A stretch of 64,000 nucleotides of DNA from a virus. Shown in pieces: positions 49,459 to 58,493 of the stretch. The DNA lies in the IMG/VR virus record IMGVR_UViG_3300034061_000981, positions 32,001-96,000 of that record. One strand, given 5' to 3'. The notes under the pieces were generated by a model. It made no database searches. It worked only from the letters and a program-made list of their open reading frames with translations, and had not been told where the DNA came from. Both the position numbers and the translations under genes were made by a program. How positions within the stretch are numbered: position 1 is the stretch's first letter; each line of letters starts with the position of its first letter.

Positions 49459-50358
49459 ATGAAACAATACTTAGATTTATTACAAGATATTTTAGATAAC
49501 GGAGAACTTAAAGATGATAGAACTGGTGTTGGCACCTATAGTGTTTTTGGCCGTAATCTTCGCTTTGATTTGCGCCGAGGTTTTCCCGCCATCACTACTA
49601 AAAAACTTGCATGGAAGGCTTGCGTCGGTGAGCTTCTATGGTTTATTGAAGGCAGTAGTGATGAGCGTAGACTGGCAGAGATTACTCACGGTACATCAGA
49701 AGGAACGGTTACTATCTGGACACCAAATGCGCTTGCACCGTATTGGAAACCGAAAGCAAAGTTCGAAGGCGATCTCGGTCGTGTCTACGGAGTTCAATGG
49801 CGTCACTGGAACAAAGACACGGTTGAAAAAGACATGGGTCCAGCGCACAAAGGTGGCACAAGGCTTGCAGTAGATAGAACCGAAGTAGACCAATTGGCAA
49901 ATCTCATTAAAGGATTAAATGAAGATCCTAATGGGCGCAGACACATATTAAGTGCCTGGAACGTGAGTGAGTTAGACCAAATGGCATTGCCCCCTTGTCA
50001 CGTTATGAGTCAATTCTATGTCAACAAAAATAAAGAACTATCTTGCCATATGTATCAGCGTAGTGTTGATGTGTTCTTGGGTCTACCTTTTAACATTGCT
50101 TCTTATGCACTACTTACACATTTATTGGCACATCACTGTGGTCTAAAAGTAGGTGAGTTGATTATCAGTACAGGCGACACTCATATATATAAAGACCATG
50201 TTGAACAAGTCAAAGAACAATTAACACGTGAACCATATCCATTGCCTACATTGATGTTAAATACACAAAAGAATAACATCTTTGAAATGACAATACAAGA
50301 TATACATTTAGAAAACTATATAAGTCATGGCCCAATCAAAGCAAACATGGCAGTCTGA
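49459..50358 (+). CDS. thyA: Thymidylate synthase
   Basis: DRTGVGT, ELLWF, YGVQWR, MALPPCH, YQRSVD.FLGLPFNIASY, DTHIY. Confidence 0.97.
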   Translation: MKQYLDLLQDILDNGELKDDRTGVGTYSVFGRNLRFDLRRGFPAITTKKLAWKACVGELLWFIEGSSDERRLAEITHGTSEGTVTIWTPNALAPYWKPKAKFEGDLGRVYGVQWRHWNKDTVEKDMGPAHKGGTRLAVDRTEVDQLANLIKGLNEDPNGRRHILSAWNVSELDQMALPPCHVMSQFYVNKNKELSCHMYQRSVDVFLGLPFNIASYALLTHLLAHHCGLKVGELIISTGDTHIYKDHVEQVKEQLTREPYPLPTLMLNTQKNNIFEMTIQDIHLENYISHGPIKANMAV

Positions 50359-50662
50359 TACTGCTACAATAAACAAACCCAAATATAAAATTGGTATGGA
50401 TAAAGATGGTAATGAAGTTATAACGACCAACTATCTAGTTCATACAATAAAGATGGGTGACGTTGAAGATCCTGATCTATTTGTAGCAGAACCAATATGG
50501 AAATGGCAACAAACAGAAGCCGGTCAATGGATAATGGAAAATGCAATAGATAGGCCTAGTTGGCATCGACACATAGATCATGCATCATATGGATATATCT
50601 ACGCAATCAGAGCAGATTTGACACCAGAACAATTAACATATTATAAGTTGAAATTCGAATGA
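50327..50662 (+). CDS. Hypothetical protein
   Basis: 111 aa, MGDVEDPDLF..W. Confidence 0.7.
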   Translation: MAQSKQTWQSDTATINKPKYKIGMDKDGNEVITTNYLVHTIKMGDVEDPDLFVAEPIWKWQQTEAGQWIMENAIDRPSWHRHIDHASYGYIYAIRADLTPEQLTYYKLKFE

Positions 50663-51627
50663 AAATATTAGTAACAGGTGGTCTCGGCCTTATCGGACAT
50701 CATGTAGTTAATAAATTAGAATCATTGGGGCACGATGTTGTCATTACTGACACTCGCACTACCTATGGAATTATCCCACAAGATGAAATTGATTACCTAA
50801 TGACTGAACGTCTTAAGAAGATTAAGACAGAACAAATATACAATATTGATATAAGCAATGGCGATAGTATTGATTGGTTGATACAAAAGCATCAGCCTGC
50901 AATTATTATTCACATGGCTAGCTTCCCTCGTCAGAAAGTTGTTAACGCTAATCCAGCAATGGGTGCAAGAACAATGATGGAAGGATTAATGAATCTATGT
51001 GAATCAGCAAAGAGTCACAAAGTATCTAAGTTCTTGTATATTAGTAGTTCAATGGTATATGGTGACTTTACTGACGATGTAGTTGAAGATTATAACTGTA
51101 AACCACAAGGTCAGTATGGTATTATGAAATTATCAGGTGAGCATATTGTTAAAGACTACAGCCGTCGCAATTGTTTCAGTCATACTATCATTCGTCCAAG
51201 TGCAGTATACGGTCCATTAGATGTTGAGGATCGTGTTATTGCTAAGTTTATGTTAACTGCTATGCGTGATGGCACTCTTAAAGTTAATGGTGCAAGTGAG
51301 ACACTAGACTTTACATATGTAGAAGATGCGGCAGATGGTATTGTTGCAGCCGCACTAAGTAATAATACTAATAATAAAACATACAATATTACAAAGAGCC
51401 ATAGTCGTAGTTTGTTAGATGCCGCAAACTTAGCAGTTAAGATTGCTGGCAAAGGCTCTATTGAAGTTAAAGACAAAGACGCAGACTTCCCAAGTCGAGG
51501 CGCATTAAACATTGATGCGGCACGTAGAGACTTTGGATATGATCCTAGGGTAGATGTAGAAGAAGGCTTTCAAAAGTATTATGAGTGGCTTAGTAGTTCC
51601 CCATTTTGGTCTAGCAAGACAGTATAA
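50659..51627 (+). CDS. NAD-dependent nucleotide-sugar epimerase/dehydratase
   Basis: TGGLGLIG, SSSMVYG, YGIMK, RPSAVYGP, DFTYVED. Confidence 0.9.
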   Translation: MKILVTGGLGLIGHHVVNKLESLGHDVVITDTRTTYGIIPQDEIDYLMTERLKKIKTEQIYNIDISNGDSIDWLIQKHQPAIIIHMASFPRQKVVNANPAMGARTMMEGLMNLCESAKSHKVSKFLYISSSMVYGDFTDDVVEDYNCKPQGQYGIMKLSGEHIVKDYSRRNCFSHTIIRPSAVYGPLDVEDRVIAKFMLTAMRDGTLKVNGASETLDFTYVEDAADGIVAAALSNNTNNKTYNITKSHSRSLLDAANLAVKIAGKGSIEVKDKDADFPSRGALNIDAARRDFGYDPRVDVEEGFQKYYEWLSSSPFWSSKTV

Positions 51628-52666
51628 GAACATCGGTGAAGAGTTGCTTGATGCAACTCACCGTGCCCTTAAAGACGGACAACTTGTGGGTGGACATTAT
51701 ACCCGCTCGTTTGAAGAATGGTTGAAGCATCGTACTAAAACAAAGTATGCTGTTACTGTTCATAGTGGTACACAAGCATTAGAAATTATTGCACGATGGA
51801 AAAAGATTAAACATATTGAATCTGGATTACAAGGTAACCCAATCATACATATACCTAATCTAACGTACCCTGCAACATTAAATAGTTTTCTATCTGCGGG
51901 TTGGGATGTTAACCTAGTTGATACAGACAAAAATGGTATCTTTGATTTTGATACAAAAATCGATGAGTCTTCCGGCACGTATGATTGTTTAATGGGCTTT
52001 GCTGGTCGCAAACCCTGGCCAAGTGCTAGTTATTCAAATGCATTTGGAGTGATAGTTGATGGTGCACAACATTGGTTAGTATCTGATGGTGATGTTGGGT
52101 CTGGCATGTCAATCAGTTTTGACCCTACAAAGAATTTACCTAGCTCAGGTAACGGTGGTGCAATTGTAACCAACAATGAACAACTATATCTATATGCAGT
52201 AAAATATAAAGATAACAACAAACCCTATTTCCATGATGTTGGGACTAACACAAAGATGAGTGAGCAGGATTGTGCCCAAATATTAGTCAGAGCAAAGTAC
52301 ATTGATGAATGGCAAAAGCGCAGAAGTGAGATAGCAAAGTATTGGTGTGACAAGTTTAGAGAATTACCGTTAACTTGTTTAAGTGATACCAAAGATCCTC
52401 ATGCACATCAAAAATTTGTAATGTATTTACCTGATCGTAACTCGCTACATACTCATTTATTAACGAATGGTATTGATAGTAAAGTACATTATGAATATGT
52501 TATCGGTGACTTACCTACAGCAAAAAGTTTATCAAAGCCAGATATGCTAAGTACAAGTGTGATGTTAAGTCGCGGTGTGATTAGTTTACCTATGTATCCT
52601 GAACTTACGGATGTTGAAGTAAACTATATTTCTGAAAAAGTAAAGTTATTTTTTGATAACATTTAG
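51581..52666 (+). CDS. DegT/DnrJ/EryC1/StrS sugar aminotransferase
   Basis: SGTQAL, VDGAQ, SFDPTKNL..GNGGA, LPMYPEL. Confidence 0.9.
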   Translation: MSGLVVPHFGLARQYKNIGEELLDATHRALKDGQLVGGHYTRSFEEWLKHRTKTKYAVTVHSGTQALEIIARWKKIKHIESGLQGNPIIHIPNLTYPATLNSFLSAGWDVNLVDTDKNGIFDFDTKIDESSGTYDCLMGFAGRKPWPSASYSNAFGVIVDGAQHWLVSDGDVGSGMSISFDPTKNLPSSGNGGAIVTNNEQLYLYAVKYKDNNKPYFHDVGTNTKMSEQDCAQILVRAKYIDEWQKRRSEIAKYWCDKFRELPLTCLSDTKDPHAHQKFVMYLPDRNSLHTHLLTNGIDSKVHYEYVIGDLPTAKSLSKPDMLSTSVMLSRGVISLPMYPELTDVEVNYISEKVKLFFDNI

Positions 52667-53626
52667 AAATGGCGATGATTTAGTTTCAAAAAATTCACCA
52701 CCACATACGCATATTCTTTTAGTACAAGTCACTGGAGTAGTAATTGGATTAAAATCATCATAAATTGATGACACATTGCCTCCTACTCCACATCTACCCC
52801 GTTGTATTTTATCAACAAGAATGACTAAACGTTCTATTCCAATATCACATTTCCATCCTAGAAATTTATTTTGACCTCTAACAAGAATTTCTTGCGGGTC
52901 ATACAATTTTTCAACTGAACCATCATCATAAAATAAATTTCCATAATGCTCAAAATTATTAATTTTAGATTTTTTCTTTTTTGTACTTGATAATTTTCCA
53001 TCTTTTATTCTTGATTGTTGTAATATCTCGGTTTGGTCATCATCATAATTATTAAGAATAGGTCCGTGTATCTTTTTTAGATGACATGGGATGCCCACTT
53101 TTTCTGCAACATAGTTGAATTTTTTTAAATTATCTTCAAAATCTATGTCTGTGCATGTAAAAAATATTAATCCATCTATCTCGGTGTCATGGATAGTATT
53201 CACTATTTCTACAAACTTATCAACATCTTTAACTTGAGAATTATGGAATGTAAAATAAATGTTATCTATAACTGGAACTTTAAGAAATTCGTCCCACCAA
53301 CGCAGTGTTCTACTACCATTTGTGAACATTGAAATGTAATGGTTTTCATTTTTTTGTTTTATGTAGGCAAATAACTCATGTAAATGAGGATACAACGTAG
53401 GTTCTCCTCCAGTAAAATTAAATAGAATTTTCTCACCGGCATATAATTCACATAATTTATCCACTACATTTTTGTTAATCTGAATGTCAATAAATGGTGA
53501 AGAACCATCTTTTTCTGCAGGATAACAATAGTCGCAATTGTAATTACAAACATTACTTAATTTCCAAGCAATTCTTTTAAAAGGTTCTGGTTTGACTTCT
53601 TCAATTTTTATCAGTATTTTAGACAT
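52646..53626 (-). CDS. Radical SAM protein, paralog of 11104..12072
   Basis: CNYNCDYC, TGGEPT, TNGSR, GWKCDIG..C..CTKRICVC. Confidence 0.88.
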   Translation of the reverse strand: MSKILIKIEEVKPEPFKRIAWKLSNVCNYNCDYCYPAEKDGSSPFIDIQINKNVVDKLCELYAGEKILFNFTGGEPTLYPHLHELFAYIKQKNENHYISMFTNGSRTLRWWDEFLKVPVIDNIYFTFHNSQVKDVDKFVEIVNTIHDTEIDGLIFFTCTDIDFEDNLKKFNYVAEKVGIPCHLKKIHGPILNNYDDDQTEILQQSRIKDGKLSSTKKKKSKINNFEHYGNLFYDDGSVEKLYDPQEILVRGQNKFLGWKCDIGIERLVILVDKIQRGRCGVGGNVSSIYDDFNPITTPVTCTKRICVCGGEFFETKSSPFLNVIKK

Positions 53627-53666
53627 AAAGTATTTAGTTTAACAACTCAGAATGATAAATAACGTT

Positions 53667-54170
53667 ATGTGGATACTATCAATACTACCAGAAGCCGCAA
53701 TACATATAATCTTTGGATTAGGTATTTTGGGCACAATAGCAGGATTCGTCCTAGGATTCATTCCCTTCATCAAAACATATAAACTAGCAATACAAATTAT
53801 CAGTATTCTTGTCTTAGTCTTAGGTGTTTATCTTGAGGGCGGTTTAGCCGACTACAAAGAGTGGGAACTCAGAGTCAAAGAAATGGAAGCTAAAGTCGCA
53901 CAAGCTGAAGCACAATCTGCTAATAAAAATGTAGAGATACAGGAAAAAGTTGTAGAAAACACTAAAGTGATCCGTGAAAGGGGTCGTGATATTATCAAGT
54001 ATGTTGATAGATGGAATACAAAAGAAATAGTTAAAGAAGTAGAAGGACCTGAAAGAATTAGGAGAGAAGAAGTAATCAAGTATATTGAAAACTGCCCTGT
54101 ACCTAAAGAAATGATAAACATACATAATCAGGCAGCAGAATTAAATAAGGCAGCGGAGACAAAGAAATGA
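53667..54170 (+). CDS. Putative i-spanin (Rz-like)
   Basis: N-terminal TM segments, coiled coil, C-terminal Cys, followed by a lipoprotein gene; TAAATA at 53656 favours ATG 53667. Confidence 0.65.
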   Translation: MWILSILPEAAIHIIFGLGILGTIAGFVLGFIPFIKTYKLAIQIISILVLVLGVYLEGGLADYKEWELRVKEMEAKVAQAEAQSANKNVEIQEKVVENTKVIRERGRDIIKYVDRWNTKEIVKEVEGPERIRREEVIKYIENCPVPKEMINIHNQAAELNKAAETKK

Positions 54171-54430
54171 GATATCTCTTAATTGCTCTATTATTAGCTG
54201 GATGCTCCACTACAGTTCCTGTTACTCAAAAGTTTCCTAATGCTACTCCTGAACTAATGAAGAAGTGTGAAGACCTCAAAAAGATTGAGGGTGACAAGGT
54301 AGCTATTACTGAAATGATGAAAGTCGTTGTTCACAACTATTCATTGTATTGGGAATGTAGTGCTAAAGTAGATGGATGGCAAGATTGGTATAACGCACAA
54401 AAGAAGATTTATGATGGTATCGCAAAATAA
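54167..54430 (+). CDS. Putative o-spanin lipoprotein (Rz1-like)
   Basis: Lipobox LLAGC, PELMKKC, NY..Y.EC. Confidence 0.75.
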   Translation: MRYLLIALLLAGCSTTVPVTQKFPNATPELMKKCEDLKKIEGDKVAITEMMKVVVHNYSLYWECSAKVDGWQDWYNAQKKIYDGIAK

Positions 54431-54686
54431 TAGTATATTATTAGCACTATGCTTATTGTTGACGGGATGTGCTAGCACAGACCATTATAGCACTTATGTA
54501 GAAGCGCAAAAGTCACTAAGTAGAGATGCTACAGTAGCAGAAGCCGCACGTATTGCAGCCTTAACCGAAATGGTTAAGAGTTCAGACAATGAAGTAAAGA
54601 TACAGGCTATCAGAGCATTACAAGAAATCCAACGCAGTAAGCGTCAAGTTATCATACAGCAACCCAAAGGTCTGTTTGGTAACTGA
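54411..54686 (+). CDS. Second lipoprotein
   Basis: Lipobox LLTGC after a hydrophobic stretch; start uncertain. Confidence 0.6.
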   Translation: MMVSQNNSILLALCLLLTGCASTDHYSTYVEAQKSLSRDATVAEAARIAALTEMVKSSDNEVKIQAIRALQEIQRSKRQVIIQQPKGLFGN

Positions 54687-54714
54687 TAAATACTATATAG
54701 GCTAGGATTTACAA

Positions 54715-55248
54715 ATGACACAAGAAATTATCAATATTGGCGCGGCGCCTAATGATGGCGAAGGTGATCCGTTACGAACGGCTTTCCAGAAGATTAATAA
54801 TAACTTTACGCAATTATATAGCACTGGTGTATTTACATATGATGCATACTCATTTGGGGATACTGCTGGTCAAGTCATATTTGAAACTCCTGCTAACTTA
54901 TTTACACAAGGTAATTTTCAAATTAATTCAAATAATCCAGACACCGATGATAGTCAAAACATTACATTAACTGTTAGTATTTCTAATGATATTACTGATG
55001 TTAAATGGTCAGGACATAGTACGTTATTTTTCAATGGCCCAGTTACTAGATATAATGTAGATTTAGTAAGTGGAAACGTTCGTATATTAGTAAATCCTTT
55101 AGTAGATGAGACTCTATATCATTTTATTTCCGCACAAATTTCGTTCAACAATAATGTTCCTGGTATGGAACTTGCACTTGAGGGATTATCAGATGATATA
55201 TTAGGTACAGAAAATCTAATTCCTATAACAACAGAACAATCGGCATGA
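54715..55248 (+). CDS. Baseplate protein with T4 gp9/gp10-like N-terminus
   Basis: INIGAAPNDGEGDPLRTAFQKINNNF.QLY; TAAATA at 54687. Confidence 0.65.
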   Translation: MTQEIINIGAAPNDGEGDPLRTAFQKINNNFTQLYSTGVFTYDAYSFGDTAGQVIFETPANLFTQGNFQINSNNPDTDDSQNITLTVSISNDITDVKWSGHSTLFFNGPVTRYNVDLVSGNVRILVNPLVDETLYHFISAQISFNNNVPGMELALEGLSDDILGTENLIPITTEQSA

Positions 55249-55649
55249 GAGCAAAAGAATTTATTATTGAAACTTCATTGAGTAAAGTTCATGATGGTTT
55301 GGAAGTAGCATCTGTGTCTCTTCCGAACACATATGTTATTCCAGATTTAAAAAACAATGACTTCTATGAGTTATATCGTTTCGGTGTAGCAATTGCCGCA
55401 GTAAGAGGTGAAAGCGGAAATGATGATGTTCAAAATAATTATAAACCCGAGTTTAGAGCAGAAACTAGTTGGGGAGAACAACAAGTAGTTTCTTCAGAGT
55501 TTGATAGAGACATTGGTAAAACTATTGACCAAGCATTAAAGAAGGTTGGAAAATCCGGCAAGAAATCAGTAAGTGCATTCGGAAGTAATGAGATGGATGA
55601 TACATTAACTCAGTCACCGATTAAAGGATTCAAAGGATATAAAAGATGA
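55245..55649 (+). CDS. Putative capsid-internal protein A
   Basis: N-terminus MRAKEFIIE; paralog of 55646..56023. Confidence 0.55.
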   Translation: MRAKEFIIETSLSKVHDGLEVASVSLPNTYVIPDLKNNDFYELYRFGVAIAAVRGESGNDDVQNNYKPEFRAETSWGEQQVVSSEFDRDIGKTIDQALKKVGKSGKKSVSAFGSNEMDDTLTQSPIKGFKGYKR

Positions 55650-56023
55650 GAGCAAATGAATTTATATCCGAATCTAAGATGGGTAAAATATCCGACCACC
55701 AACAACAATCAACTCGTGGCTTAAATATTTTTTCAAAAAAGATAGACAGCTATGATAGACAATATGATTTAAATCGTTTAATGATGGCTGTCGCAAGTAG
55801 TGATGGAATAAACCCAATCGAAATGCCTGCAGAAAGTTGGATAGGCAAACACAACTCTGCACATCCTTATACCAAAGAAGAACAAGATATGCTTAAATTA
55901 GCATATAAAGCAGCCGGCTTAGAGTATATAGATTTAAATAGTGGTGATTTAGATAGTGAAGAACTAGAAAACACTAATACTCAAAGTATCGTAAAGCCTT
56001 TTAAAGGTTACAAAAGAAAATAA
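55646..56023 (+). CDS. Putative capsid-internal protein B
   Basis: N-terminus MRANEFISE; shared C-terminus FKGYKR. Confidence 0.55.
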   Translation: MRANEFISESKMGKISDHQQQSTRGLNIFSKKIDSYDRQYDLNRLMMAVASSDGINPIEMPAESWIGKHNSAHPYTKEEQDMLKLAYKAAGLEYIDLNSGDLDSEELENTNTQSIVKPFKGYKRK

Positions 56024-56075
56024 TTTAATACATATCAATCTGAATAAGTAATTATATCAAATTACAGGATTCAGA

Positions 56076-56768
56076 ATGATTGATATTAATAACACGCTTG
56101 ACCTAGTCAAATTAAAATTCTACAACGAATGGTTATATACTGCCCACATCTATGATGAGGGTAATAGTCCAATGCACGACACACTTACTAAACAAGTTGT
56201 TACGCAATATATTGACCCGCTTAATCTACCAAAAGATGCTAAGATTATGGATTTAGGTTGTGGCCCCGGTTACTTCTTAAACGCAATGAGAGAACGTGGT
56301 TATACTGACTTAGTTGGTGTTACATTAAGCCCCGGTGATATTAAGATTTGTGAAGATAATGGTCACAAAATTGCAAAGTATGACTTGAGCTTCTTGCCAC
56401 AAAAAGATGGTTACTACGATGAAAGTGTTGACTTTATTTTCTTGCGTCATGCATTAGAACATAGTCCATATCCTATCTTTAGCTTGATGGAATACAATCG
56501 TGTATTGAAGCAAGGTAGCAAGATGTATATTGAAGTACCTGCACCCGACTGTGAACGTAAACATGAGTGGAATGTTAATCACTATAGCATATTAGGTGAG
56601 CAACAATTAGCCGCATTATTAGTGCGTACAGGCTTTGATATCGTTAAGTTTGAAAAACTAGATTTTGATATTGGTGGGAAAGATCCAGCAACCGGAGCAG
56701 AATTCACTGCCAAAGAGAAGTTTTACTGCGTTCTAGTTACTAAACAAAGACCTTTGGATATCAAATAA
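56076..56768 (+). CDS. Class I SAM-dependent methyltransferase
   Basis: IMDLGCGPG, RHALEHSP.P, RVLK.G..YIEVP. Confidence 0.88.
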   Translation: MIDINNTLDLVKLKFYNEWLYTAHIYDEGNSPMHDTLTKQVVTQYIDPLNLPKDAKIMDLGCGPGYFLNAMRERGYTDLVGVTLSPGDIKICEDNGHKIAKYDLSFLPQKDGYYDESVDFIFLRHALEHSPYPIFSLMEYNRVLKQGSKMYIEVPAPDCERKHEWNVNHYSILGEQQLAALLVRTGFDIVKFEKLDFDIGGKDPATGAEFTAKEKFYCVLVTKQRPLDIK

Positions 56769-56813
56769 GTTTTGTAATCTAAGATAAATATTCTCATTAA
56801 TGAGAGTATTTTT

Positions 56814-58469
56814 ATGGCTACACCAGATCCAGCAAACGTTGCACCGTGGTATTTACGCAACATCAATCAAGCGTTAGAACTCAACGAGGACACGGGGCAA
56901 GTATTTGTCCGTACTGGATTTGAAGGTAACATTATTATTAGTGGTAATGTTGTTATTCCAGGCAATGTTGATGCACACGTTTCACAAATAGGAACTAGTG
57001 GGGAACTAACAGTTCCTTGGATGCCTGTCAGTATCGACGGCAATAGTGCTGTCACAATTACTAGCGGTAACATTACAGTTGCTCAGGGTACAAGTCCATG
57101 GGTAGTATCAGGTAATGTAAACGCTAATGTATCTGGTAACGTGGGTGTTACAGGTAATGTTAACATCGGTACGATGCCAGCAATCACCGGCAATGTCAAC
57201 GCTAACATCACAGGTGGCAATGTAACAGTAACTCAGGGCACAAATCCTTGGGTCGTATCAGGTAATGTCAACACTACAATAACAGGTGGCAACTCAAATG
57301 TAGCACTTGGTGGAACAAATTTAGATGCATTCGGGCGTTTAAGAGTAAGTGAACCCTACACATTGTTTGACAGCCAAAATCGTTATATTGACGGTGACCA
57401 ATTTAGTAGTATCACTGCTACGGGTGGCAATGTAGTTTATGTTCAAAACGAAAGTTCATTTAATTTAAATGTTTCTTCCGCTAGTGGTAGTAGTGTAATT
57501 AGACAATCTAAGACTGTCCAAGCATATCAGCCCGGCAAAAGTTTATTAACAATGAACACATTTGCAATGGCTACTCTTAAAGCAAACCTAAGACAACGAG
57601 TTGGTTATTTTACAACTGATAATGGTGTGTATTTTGAAGCTGTAGGTACTACACTTAATCTTGTTATTCGTAGTAGCACAACTGGAGTAGTAGTTGAAGA
57701 ACGAATACCTCAAGCTAATTGGAATGGAAATACCTTATTATCAGGTATTGTGTTAGATCCAACATTGACACAAATATTTTGGTGTGACATTGAATGGTTG
57801 GGTGTAGGTAACGTTCGTGCAGGTTTTGTAATCAACGGTCAATTCATCGTATGTCATACATTCCAACACGCTAATCAGCCTGGCAACACAACTGTTTATA
57901 TGACCACTGCGTCATTAAACCCAAGATATGAAATAACAAATACTGGCGCAACAACTGGTAATAGCACAATGAAACAAATATGTAGCACTGTTATTAGTGA
58001 AGGAGGATTTACGCCAAGCACTAAAATAGGATATGTTACTAACAATACATCTCCTACAAGAGTAGGTTCAGCAAATACAGTAATCTCATTATGTTCAATA
58101 AGATTAAATCCTGCATATCCGGACGCGGTTGTGGTTCCTGCTCAAATTGATTTGTTATTACTTGATGTTCGTTATGGTCAGTTTCAGTTAATTGAAAACG
58201 CAACTATTGCAAATGCCTCATTTAGTAATGTGGCAGGAACAGTAGTTCAAAGTGCCATACATACTGATACTATAACAAATGGTACAGTTGTTTATGCAGG
58301 ATTAACTAGTAGCCGTGATGAAGTAGAAATTAGTGAAGATATTAAGAAACGAATTCAATTATGGAGATATGCTAATGGTACACCCAGCACACTAACACTT
58401 GCCGTAGCGTACACATCTACCAATGCAGATTTGTTGTGGAAAATGGGCTGGGAAGAACTTACTAACTAA
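56814..58469 (+). CDS. Putative virion structural protein with GNV-rich repeats
   Basis: Two copies of GN.TV.QGT.PWVVSGNVN; DAFGRLRVSEP and EWLGVG domain; TAAATA at 56785. Confidence 0.6.
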   Translation: MATPDPANVAPWYLRNINQALELNEDTGQVFVRTGFEGNIIISGNVVIPGNVDAHVSQIGTSGELTVPWMPVSIDGNSAVTITSGNITVAQGTSPWVVSGNVNANVSGNVGVTGNVNIGTMPAITGNVNANITGGNVTVTQGTNPWVVSGNVNTTITGGNSNVALGGTNLDAFGRLRVSEPYTLFDSQNRYIDGDQFSSITATGGNVVYVQNESSFNLNVSSASGSSVIRQSKTVQAYQPGKSLLTMNTFAMATLKANLRQRVGYFTTDNGVYFEAVGTTLNLVIRSSTTGVVVEERIPQANWNGNTLLSGIVLDPTLTQIFWCDIEWLGVGNVRAGFVINGQFIVCHTFQHANQPGNTTVYMTTASLNPRYEITNTGATTGNSTMKQICSTVISEGGFTPSTKIGYVTNNTSPTRVGSANTVISLCSIRLNPAYPDAVVVPAQIDLLLLDVRYGQFQLIENATIANASFSNVAGTVVQSAIHTDTITNGTVVYAGLTSSRDEVEISEDIKKRIQLWRYANGTPSTLTLAVAYTSTNADLLWKMGWEELTN

Positions 58470-58493
58470 GTTTTTGGCACATAAATACTCACT

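Noticed and set aside
49459-50358. dCMP hydroxymethylase feeding carbamoylated or glycosylated DNA
   Set aside because: It keeps the dUMP-specifying Asn (PFNIASY) of canonical ThyA. DNA modification by the cluster is not excluded but has no support in this window
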